DNA of 64,000 bases from Peribolospora baueri (lineage: Eukaryota): contig JAMDHS010000020.1 of assembly GCA_029717555.1 (NCBI GenBank), positions 124,001 to 188,000 on the forward strand, given 5' to 3'. The position numbers and the translations under genes were made by a program. Positions 11,017 to 21,891 of this stretch are shown in pieces. Numbering within the stretch: the stretch's first letter is position 1; every line of letters starts with the position of its first letter. Under the pieces are notes generated by a model. That model made no database searches. It was not told the origin of the DNA and saw only the letters and a program-made list of their open reading frames with translations.

Positions 11017-13626
11017 CTAGCGACCAGGCCCGTCTACGCGCTCCTCACCTTCCGTCGATGTCGTCAAAGGGGCCGCCGTCAAACCTAGCTCCCTATCCCA
11101 ACCGTTCTCCACCCAGCGCGCCACCTTCAAAAGTTCTCCCGCGGCCATTTCGACCTCGCGTCGGAGTAATGGAAGTCTGTCGAAGCCCTTGATGGCCGGG
11201 ACGTGCACTGCCGGCGTCTGAACCTCCGCATCTTCTCCCGTTTCCATCTTGGAGGACCGGGAATGCAACGATCGACCGGTGCGCATGGCCGGCACGGCCG
11301 TCTGTCCGTGCCCGTGAGGGGAGACAGAAGTGGACACGGAATCGGTGTCCGAATGCGCCAAGGCCGCCACCACTCCTTCCATGAGACGTCTTTTGAGCAG
11401 CGCATACACGGGATCCTCGTATTGCAGGATACGCTCTATCGTCTTCCGCAGTCGATCGTCTTCCGCCTCGTCCTGCGTCACCCGTCCTTCTGCATCTGCG
11501 AGCTGGCTCTGGCCGATGGCGGACGTGCCGACAGCCATGTCGAGCCGTTCTTCCCGTCGTCGTCCCCTTCGTCGATGCACGGCTGCAAGCACCTCGTCCG
11601 CGAGATGTGCGAGCTTCGTGCCACCCCCATGTTGATGGCCTCCGGCAGAGACGCCCTCCTCCATCTCCGACTCGAGCAGGGTCCACACGCGCTGGGTCCA
11701 GTCTTGTTGCGCTTCACTTTGCTGATCGCCAGAGGCTGTCCTTGCCTGCGGACCGTCTCCGTCGATGCCAACGACGCTGATGAGGCAGGCAAGGATGATT
11801 AGCCCTTGGAAGCGGTTCTGGAGGCGGAAGAGCTGAGGAGCCGAGAGGAGGAGCGATGGCGGAAGTTGGTTGGGGGGTTTGTCTATAGAGCCGCTGGATT
11901 CTCCGTCCGTTTCGGCGTACGCCTCTCCGGCTGCGACTGCGAGTGATTGCTGTGTGAGAGGCGGGGGTATAGCCACCGCCTGGTCCCCAAAGATGGTTTC
12001 TGCGAGCCTTCTCCGATAACGGCTCTTGATCTCGGCCACCGAACGACCGTCCGTTTCGCAGCCAACCCAGTCCCAGAAAGCGCTTCTTACCCTCTCCCTC
12101 CCTCCGTACATCTCCAGCACCACCTCACGCTCCTTCTCCACCGCCTTCCGCCTCGCCGCCCTTTTCAACTGTGCCTCGCTCGCGCGCTGCGCCCAAAACT
12201 CGGCCAATTCTACACGCATGGCCTCGCACTGATCCAGCGTTCGTCGGATGATGTCAACGTGAGACCGGATGATGGCCTTGCGCATGCCGGACAGCTCATC
12301 ATTTGGAGGCAGCGGAGGAGAGGATGCGCTACCGAGTGCTACTTGGCGATCGGCCAGCTCCCGCATCCTCGCTTCAACGTCGACCGCACTGGCTATCAGC
12401 CCGTCTACCTGCTGGTCTCGAGAAGGAGCGCAGCGAGTCCGAAGGAGCCTTAGCAGCTCCTCGAGCGCACCGGCGCTGGCGACAAAGTCGGTCGAGTTGA
12501 GCTTTGTCGTAAAGAAAGCCCGAAGTTTGGCGATTTGATCCTGGATGGCTTGCGAAGGCTGACGCAAGTGGCTTGCTCCGGATGTGGCTGGAGCGTTGGC
12601 ATCGCGCTGACGCGGTAAGAGCGGTCGAGCGACCTCCCAGACGTCGGCATGGAGGGCAGTTAGACGCTCTGCGGCCATCGGAGGGTCGAGTGTCTGAGTA
12701 AGTTTTTCGATTGCCTGAGATGCGCAAAGAACAGAATAGGAGGAATAGGGTTTAGTGGCCTGCCAATAATGCGGTGCAGAACAGTGTTGTTTGCGCTCCG
12801 ACTGCGTACTCACATCGTCAAAGAACGCCCCTTTAGCAAGATGCGAGATGGAAACAAAGACAAATCAACGAGGAGACAGTCAATATCGCAGTCTACCACT
12901 GTCACCACTCGGCGTCATGAATTGGTATTTACTCTTCACATTCTCTTGAAGCCTCTCCTGAAAGCTCGCCTGGGTATCGTTCTGCGGCGTTGGCGGCCGC
13001 GAGTTGGCACGCAAGCGAGGTTGACCCGAATCATCGCGACCTGGCTGACCGGATCTATCGCTCAACGCGCCGGGGGTGTTGGCCAAAAGGTGGAGCCAAA
13101 AGGCCTCCTCGAGCCGCTTTTGCGACCGGAAGTGCTGGGCGAAAAGGTGGGATATTGCGGACGACTGGGACGTCTGCGCTGCTTGAAGCGCGGGATCGAT
13201 CTCGGTGTTGACCTCCGGAACGGTTCGAGTGCTTCCCTTTGGGGCGGCGGAAGAGGAGCCAGTGGTATCGCCATTGGACGAGACTGGGACCTTCCTCTTT
13301 ACAACGCCGTTGCCCACCAGCTTGGCCACCTCCTCCTCGACCCTCCTCACCCACGCAGCAATAGTAGCGACGAGGTTGCGGGGCTCATCGCCTCCCTGCG
13401 CGCGAAGCTTGTCGGAAAGGTCGGTCAAAGAAGAGCGAAGTCGGGCCCACTTGTCGCTCAAGTCGCGCTTATCGACCGTGGCCCATGTGGTGGACAGGGA
13501 GGCGAGGTCGCGCTGACACCGCTGGACCATGGCCGAGGACTCGCCGGCGCCGCCCGTCGATGACGGCCGTGGAAGCGCTGCTGCTTGGTCGATGAGACGC
13601 CCAAAAGCTGCTATGGACTGCTCCAT
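11017..13626 (-). CDS. T-complex 11 (Tcp11/Sok1-like) domain protein, 3 exons including a 17-nt microexon
   Basis: ORFs 12880-13692 and 11017-12813 join through exon 12830-12814 (RAFFDD). Motifs LLRTRCAPSRDQQV and LPPSLLLSAPQLFRLQNRFQGLII resemble Tcp11 CAPxRD and PExL..RL.LQ. First ATG at 13626. Confidence 0.7.
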
Positions 13627-13774
13627 TGCTGTCTCTGAGCGAAGGTGATGGAGGTGGTGACGATCGTCGTGCGCGCTCGACACGCTTGACACGCTCGACT
13701 CGCTTAGTCAACTTAGTCACCAGCAGTGGGGTCTGCCGGCGGCCGCAGGCTGATTGGAACAAGAAGTCGTCTTT

Positions 13775-16700
13775 ATGCCCACCATCGATTTGATTCGCAA
13801 CAGTCGCGTCCTCCTCGGCTTGCAGCAACGACCGTACATGTCTGGGAAGGGGGCACATTATAAAAACTTGTACGGCGGAGGAGGGCGGGGCACGGGCGGA
13901 GGCCGAGCCTGGTCGGGTTCGTCTGACAGGCCCCCGGTGAAGAGGGCGAGGGTGGGCGGAGAGCGTGAGCAGAATTGCGTACATGCAGAGCAAGCGACCC
14001 TTGTTTTGTTACGCTGATCCCCATCGGTCCACCACATCCCAGTTCCAATTGGCACAAACGAGGACCTGCGGCGTACGCTGCTCCAGATGGACGGGAGGCC
14101 ATACTCTGCATACCGAGAAATCGAAGGTGGGTAGGAGACGCGGCCATGAAACCCTTCTCATCTTAGGCTCACCATCTACATTGTTGGCTCTCGATTCCCA
14201 TCGTGACCATTGCTTCTCATAGGGTCCTGGTCGTTTCCTACCTTCGAGCTCTATCTCGATCACGCTCAGAGCGACCCCTTCGCCCCTCCGAGCAAGGCGC
14301 GCGTGCTTGTGCCTCTTCGCAGTGCGGGTTTCCCGGAAGGACTCTTTTCGAACGAGAGCCGGTAAGCGGTTTCGTTGCTTCGAGGGAAAACGTTGGACAA
14401 GCCATTCTATGTCTGCCAAACTTACTCTATCTACTCTTCCTAGGCTGACTGCTCTAAGCGACTACCTCACCCGAGCGTTCCACGACATATCCACTTCGCG
14501 AGGCTACGATGAGAAGACCCAGAGTTCGACCTGGTCAGGCGGAAAGGGTGGGCAGATCACAATAGATCGACCGGGCCAGCAGATACTCGAGAGGTCTTCG
14601 GTTTTCATTAATGTGCTGGGCTTCGAAGCCAGGTTTACCGTCGGTCTTCCTGCCAGGGGTAAGCTTTCTGTCTCCCTCTGCGGACCGAGTCGAGGTGACC
14701 AGCTTACCCGCCCCTGGGTTCTTCAATGCAGGTCGAACAATAATGGGAGAGTGGGCAGCAGACATTCTTTGCCGGAACCTTCCCGATATCGTTCACGGCG
14801 CTCTGTACTACTCGAGCCACGATCCAGAAAAAATAGAAGCTTTCGTCGCATGCGTCTTTGACCAGGACATGTTGCGGATGCAGGTCGAAGACTCAGGTGA
14901 GCTTGAATTTCAAAGGACACAAAGCTCAGCTTCCGTGAGAGCGGGGTCACACCAACAGACGCTGACCGTCGCTCACCGACACTTCTCCATTCCAGGATTC
15001 ATCGCCTTCGTCCCTAACGGCGCCATCCTGCCGCGGGCCTCGGGCGCGTCCGACTTGCCGCTCACAGGACCTGACGTCGTCCCCTTCATCTCTCCTCCGA
15101 ATCTGCAAGTCTCTTTTACCTTGCCGAGCGGGCGCCAGGTGGCGGGCATGGGCGTGAAGAAGGGAACTGTAACCCTCATCGCCGGCGGCGGCTTTCATGG
15201 AAAAGTGAGTCGAGATATAGGATGAGTCCCGCGGCCGCACTGGGTCTGATTCTGATATCTATTAATTTTCTCGCCTAGTCCACTCTTCTGGATGCCCTCG
15301 CTTTCGGCTGCTACAATCACATCCCTGGAGGTGCGTCGCAGGGACCCGAGCACACAGCGCGGAAGGCTTGGCTAATTACGGACCGGTTGACCACTTGAAC
15401 AGACGGAAGAGAGTTCATAGTCGCAGATCCAAGCTCGTTTCAGGTCCGCAGCGAGGACGGTCGAAGTGTGAGTGTGAATGCGTTTCTTCTAGGGAGAAGG
15501 AAAGATTTCTTTTCTCTGTTAATCCTTTGTGCCATCGGAACGCAGGTCAGCAATGTGGACATCTCCTCTTTCATTGGTGTATTGCCCGGAGGCAAAGACA
15601 CGAAGAGCTTCTCCACTCAAGATGCCAGTGGTAGTACAAGTTGTGCTGCAAGCGTAATTGAGGTGTGTCTTTCGAACTCGTTCTCTGACCTGGCTTCGCT
15701 CATACCGTGTGTGAAATGCGATCATCTTTATTCCATCCGCACCTTCTCTGTACATGTTCGCGACAGGCCTTAGAACTCGGATCGCAACTACTCTTTCTGG
15801 ACGAAGACACCTGCGCGACGAACGTAAGCGACCACTCTACCTTCCCGGCAGAACAGCTGCCTTGAACTATTTGTTCTCTTTCGCTGACCTGCGCCCCGCA
15901 TATATTCAGTTTCTTATTCGCGATGCTCGCATGCAACGCCTAGTCAGTGCCGACCGAGAGCCCATCACGCCCTTGATTCACAAGGTGGGATGTGTCCGGA
16001 CGCATCTTGGGAGCTAGCATGCTATAACTCACTCCGCCTGCGTTGTCACCTTTGGACCGTGGATAGGTGCGTGCGCTCGTGAAAGAGCGCCAAACGTCGC
16101 TCATTTTAGTCATCGGCGGATGTGGTGAGTGCGCTGCTGGCGCCGTCCGACACAATTTCTGGCTTCGCTTACAGTGTCGACCCACTTACAGTTTCGATCC
16201 GCCTTGAACTTTTTTCACCTCCCTTCAGGCGACTACATCGACGTCGCAGACCTCGTGCTGCAGGTGTGTCCACCTACTAATTGATCCCATCATCACATTG
16301 GGGCAAATTTCGACCGTCCTCGCTCATTTTTCATTCCTATCCTCCCTCTGTCGACTGTGCACCATTTAGATGGACAACTATCACGTCAAGGATGTCACTG
16401 AGCGGGCTCGACAAGTGGCATCGGAGTTGCCCTCGAAGGCTTTGAATGAAGAAGGTGGGCGAAGCTCGCTTATTCAACGAGGAGGAACGTACACTTGCTT
16501 AACTGCTTCTTCTCACTTCCGGCGCGCGTTTCTCATCCGTCCCTTCTTCTCTCTGGACTAAGCCAAAACCTTCGGCACTGTCCGACCGCGCACGCTTGAC
16601 TTCGCCTCACTCTCTCCTCCAGGCGGTGGAAAAACAAGGTCAATAGGTACGAAGGAGATCCAGTATGGATCCACGACGCTCGATCTCACCGGTCTCACTC

Positions 16701-16975
16701 AGCTTGCCCACCCGTCGCAAACGAGAGCTATTGAGGCACTTTTTTGCACTGGAGCAAAGGCCGGAGCAAAGGCCGGAGGCGAAGGCAGCCGTCATACCCA
16801 GAAGATGGCGGAGTGGGTGACCAAAGTGGATAGCCAGATATACGGGTATGGCTTGAACTCGGTGCTCGGTGAAGGAGTAGGCTACAAGTTGGACGGCTTC
16901 CTGGCCCGGCCTCGGTTGATGGAGATGGGCATGGCTCTCAATCGGCTCAGGACTGTGCGAATGTCGATTGACTGA
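13775..16975 (+). CDS. Predicted ABC-class P-loop ATPase (ABC_ATPase/COG3044, MRB1590-like), ~15 exons
   Basis: Spliced motifs LLQMDGRPYSAY, DHAQSDPFAPPS, PGQQILERSS, VGLPARGRTI, AFVPNGAILPRASG, Walker A GGGFHGKST, GCYNHIPGDGRE, RSEDGRSV, FSTQDASGSTS, Walker B LFLDEDTCATNFLIRDARMQ, EPITP, GGCGDY, LARPRLMEMGMALNRLR. Alternative ATG at 13838. Confidence 0.88.
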
Positions 16976-18081
16976 CGTGGTGACGCTGGATGGCGCTGGG
17001 CCGCGTGTAAATGATCGTACCATGTACTCGTCTGGGCGCGAGTTCAGCGGGTCGCGGTACTCAGCAGACATGTGACTGCAATGCAGAGATTGAGAAGGGG
17101 AAGGCGATGGCCGTGAGATAGAGGAGCGATGGCCGCGCCATACACACCGGTCAGTTTCCGAGTCCATCAGCAATCGTGTTCGCGGCGTCTTGCAGCCTCT
17201 TCCATCTTCTACCCGCCAAACTGGACTGCTTCTCTTGCGCGTTGGCATCGCCAGCATGCCAGAGCAAATGGCGGCGAAAAGCATGCATGGCCTCAGGCGT
17301 CAAGGCTTCCTTGTCGAAGCACCCGAGCGAACTGGACAGCTAACCTGGCCGAAGTGTCGTGGTAGAAAGGATCTCATCACAGAGCTCTGGACATCGCAGT
17401 TCCGCCTCTCTGAACCCACGATGAGCCCTTCCCTGTGCCTTCGATTGACTCTGCTGCCTGAACCTGGACCGTGTTCCAATGTGTGCTTGTAAAAGGAGTC
17501 GGGCCTGCTTTGTCCGCCCTGACAGGACCTGCCTGTGAGCCGGCGTCAATAGAAGCCGTGGAGGGGGGCGAGCACGGGAGACAGGTTGTGCATCTCGCGG
17601 CTGTTGTAAAGCATCTCTGCGAAGCATTCGGATAGGTCATCCACGGCGTACGAGTGGAGTCAAGGGTTAGGCTCGGAGAGCAGCGGTCCTTTGGCAGTGC
17701 CTTTGCTTTCGGTTCAAATCAGCGTCCACGATGCCGAAAAAAGAAGAAACCACAGGGACAATTTCTTTAGGCATTCAGATTTGTCTGGGCGGTCTGATAA
17801 ACAAGAAGCTCGGGGACAGGCTTGGGCTAGGAGATGGAGGACCATCATGGCCGCGAACGACCGCGGATCCTCAAGGCGCGCGAATGGCGACCTCGGTATC
17901 CTCAGCGCAGCTGGCTGCAAGGAAGAAGATGTGCAAAAATCTAAGAATCCGATTCGTTTCGCATGTGAGGAAACTATACAACTAACGGCACTTCGCCCGG
18001 CCATATCCCACCCCATCGCCTCCTTACCCCATACCCCTTCCTTTCATCCCTGTTCTCGTCGAAACAGCTCGCAGCGAGCCC

Positions 18082-18858
18082 TTAGTGGTGCTCGTGAGCG
18101 TGCGGATCACCCTGGAAGTCGAGAGTGTAAACTATTGAGGAGGCGATGATAATAGGTGAGAAGTCAGCCGGGGAAAAAGAAAAGGCAGCCAAGGCGTTGA
18201 GAAGAGTAATGCAAAATGGTTGTAAGTATGGAAGGGACGTCGGCGTCAGGAAAAAAAATAACCTCTACTCACCGGAGCCACACTCGGGGCACCTGTGGTG
18301 CTCGCGCTTCTGGTTAAGGCTGAGCCAGATAGTGTCGTGAGAGTCGGCGGGGTACCCGGTGCAGCCGACGATGCGCTCAGTGTCCTGGAAAGCCCCAGAA
18401 AATTGAGCGAAGACGGAAGGAAAGAGAAGAAGAATGGCGGACGGTGATGTCAGTCTCCCAATCAATTCCCTCTCTCTCTAACCGGATTATTCGTTCGCCG
18501 AAATTGCATCGCTTGTCCATAGCATCACACCGAGTGCGTGAACGAGAACGCGAGAACGGACGAGCGAAGTGGTCCAACTCACGAGAGAGAAGACCTTGAT
18601 CGGGTCCTTCATGGTGCCAAGGCGAGTCATTTGAAGGGGCTTCATGTCGAACGCCTCCTCGCCCTTGAGCTTTCCCATGATCTCGAAGCGCTCGAGACCG
18701 GTGGACTGCTCCTCGTCCGTGGGCACCTCGCCGGGCTTGGCTCCCTCGCCCTGGATGATGGGCGGCGCGCCGGAGCGGGCAATCGCGGAGGTGGTGAAGA
18801 GGCGCGGGGAGACGCGCAGAGGGGCGCTGCGAGCGACGGCGCTGCGGAGGGCGAACAT
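18082..18858 (-). CDS. COX4: Cytochrome c oxidase subunit IV (Vb, Zn-binding) precursor
   Basis: Mitochondrial presequence MFALRSAVARSAPLR, VPTDEEQSTGLERFE, ERIVGCTGYPADSH, RCPECGSVYTL. 3 exons. Confidence 0.95.
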
Positions 18859-19171
18859 GGTGAGTGGGTTGGAGGCCTAAGAGGATGAGATGGTATCTCT
18901 AATGTGCGCGCGCTTCTTCGGACTCGGAGCGGCCAGGCATTGCCGCCCGCAAGCGTGGGAAGCTCATAACCCTACTTTCCTAGCCCACCCGTGCACAGAC
19001 CCGGCCACACTCTGATGACCTGCTGCGGCACCAGGAGATCGACGAGTAGGTAGGCGTACATGATGAAGGACCCGTAGAAAGCCATCCATCTCTGGCTCGT
19101 CCTTCGGTATCGATATAAGACCGTGTGAAGCTGCAACGCTCTCTCATTCCGAAGTCGATCTGTGATGACCT

Positions 19172-21687
19172 TCAAGCCTCGTCCTCGCCGCTTTCCCCGC
19201 TCGCCTTGCTCTTCTTCCTCTTCTTCTTCCCTGTCTCCGTCGCACCGCTGGCCACCTTCTCGTTCACCTCGCGCCCGCCCTCACCTTCACCCCCACCCGG
19301 GACGCCCTCAGCCTTCTTCTTCCTACGCTTACTCGCCTCGATCATCTCCCTCCTCCTAATCGCCATCTGCCTACCCACCCCGCTGCCAGCGGCCACGCGC
19401 ACGTCTTTACGCTCGACCGGTTTGCGCCGGAGCTGCTTGCGCTTCTCCTGAGAGACTGACGGCAGCTGCACCATCCACTCTGGTACTTCGCAGCCCGAGT
19501 TGCGCATGATGTTGACGATGCTGAGGATGGAACGGAAGGGGAGGGAGGTCGTGAGGGTCAGAAGGGGGACGCGCGGAGGATAAGATGTATGAAGATTCGG
19601 CTGGAAAAACGTACCTCTTCAGGTACGGGGCATCATCCCGAGTAAAGTATGTGATCGCCTCGCCGGCTCGACCAGCTCGACCAGTTCGGCCTGCAGAAGA
19701 GATACCAATGATGAACACAAGCCGGCGACGAGCAGCATCCAACGTCCCCATCATCATGGTCTCGATCCTCACCAATTCGGTGGATGTAGCTCTGCGTAGT
19801 CTGAGGGAAGTCGTAATTGATGACCAGGTTCACGCCCTTAAAGTCCATTCCCCTGGCCATGAGCTCGGTGCAAATGAGCACCCAAATCTCTCCTTTCCTG
19901 AACCCGGAGACGGTACGATCTCGTTGCGCCTTGGTGCGCTCCGAATGGATGACGTCGACGTTGATGCCGTCGTAGATGAGCTCGTGGAAGAGGTCCTTGG
20001 CGCGTTCTATGCTCTGGACGAACATGAGCACCGGCGGTTTAAACCCACCGCCGGTGATGAGTTCGCGCATCGCGTGCAGTTTGCCGTCTTCGGATCCGAC
20101 GAATTTCAGAGTCTGTTTGATCGTTTCCGTCGCCGAGTCCCTGCGAGTCGAGAGAGGGAAGACAGCGGGGCTTAGCTGCTCGCAGTGGAACATCTCCACG
20201 ACCGCAGACGACGCGCCAGCACTGGACAAGATGACACTCACTTTTGACCAACTATGACACGAACAGGGTGCGGCATGAAAGTTCGCGCGAGCTCCTCAAC
20301 GCCTGCGGGCAAAGTGGCGCTGAACAGGGCTGTACGTCGCTCTGGGTGGGAGCAAGCGGCGAGGATCTCGTCGGTCTGTTCCAGGAACCCGAGCTCCAGG
20401 AGCTTGTCCGCTTCGTCCAGAACGAGGTGGCGCACGCTGCCAAGAAGATCCATGAGCGGAGGGAGGGGAGAAGCACAACAGTGTTAGCCCTTTGACGTCG
20501 GGGCAAAATGCCATTCTTACGCCACGCCATTGACGCTCACTTAGACAAATCGATCTCTTGCTGCTGAACTCCGTACACCAGCCTCAAAGGTGTGGTAATG
20601 AGGATGTCTTAATGTACCCATTTCCAGCAGTGAGCATCATGAGCTGACCGTTGGGGCACACAAGACAGCAACGAACGAAACCATCCACGAAATCACACCG
20701 CCCACTCACCAAACTTTTTCCTTAACGAAGGGTCCTGCTTCATCGTCGCCTCCCTCGCCTTTGTCAACATACAAACGCGAAACTTCCTCCCCTCACTGAG
20801 TCGCTTCACTTGATCGTAGATCTGAGTGGCCAGCTCGCGGGTGGGCGATACGATAAGGGCGCGGAAGCCTTCCTCGTTAGAGGGCGCTTTGAGCAGGTGG
20901 AGGATGGGGAGGATGAACGCTAGTGTCTTTCCTGAACCTGTCGGAGCGCCAGCTAGAAGGTCGCGTCTCTAACCGTTCGAAGACATGACAAAGGGGAGAC
21001 TCCGTTCAGAAATGGCGGCAGCCGGGAGGAGAAGATGGAATCGAAAGTGGGGTGAAATTTCAAGGCCCGCATTCGAACTCACCTCGAGCATGAGAGGAAT
21101 GGCGCCCATCTGAATGGCCGTGGGCTGCTTCCATCCGCACCCCTCCAAGTTACTGAGCAACCACTTCCGCAGCTCATACCTCGTTTCGAGCTCTGAGAAG
21201 GAGGAGAGGGGTAGCGGAGCATCGTCTCCAGAGTATTTAATACGATGCTTCTTCAAGAAGGCAGAGAGTGTGGAAGGGGTGACTGGCGGTGCTGACACAA
21301 GGCCTGAACCGGAGTCTAGCATCGAGCACATACCGACCGACGAAGAGAGGAAGCCCTGCGTGAGCCCCGGTGATCCTTCGAAAGACGTCCAAGCACAGGG
21401 CATATCGACCGAAAGCACTTTGAGCACCCACCTCTCTTTCTCTTCCTTCCGTTCTCCACAGTGCCGTCCTCCTCAGCCTTGGCCTTTCCCTTCCCACCCG
21501 AATGCGCAGCGCCGCCACCGCCTGTGTGAAAGAAATCCAGTTCCTTGGGTAACGCGGTCGACGAATCTTCGTCGTCCGCGTCCCCGGCCTGGGACGACGA
21601 TCCAGGCTTGAAGAGCGACATGTCCTCGGCAAATCTGCGCTTGTCAAAGCGAGCACCGCCCGCGGAAAGCAAATGGAAGACATCCAT
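19172..21687 (-). CDS. ROK1: DEAD-box RNA helicase Rok1/DDX52
   Basis: [75 protein letters not shown]. Confidence 0.94.
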
Positions 21688-21891
21688 GGTGGACAGCTTG
21701 CTGGGAGCAGGACAGGACGGACCTGGGCGTGTCTTAATGGGTGTCGGCCTTCTTCTTTTGCGTACGAAGTGATCGGCCAAAAATTTGGAGCGAGGTTGCC
21801 GCAGTCGGCCGCAGATGATCGTTTTCTGGTTGCACCTTCAACCGGCGCTCGACTTTCGCCGGCAACCCAACGATCACGCCTCTACCTTCCA

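Noticed and set aside
16640..17284. 214-aa minus-strand ORF
   Set aside because: Largely antisense to the last ATPase exon; no recognisable features
17290..17385. Possible C/D snoRNA on the minus strand (GTGATGA..CTGA)
   Set aside because: No convincing terminal stem and no rRNA-complementary guide I can identify
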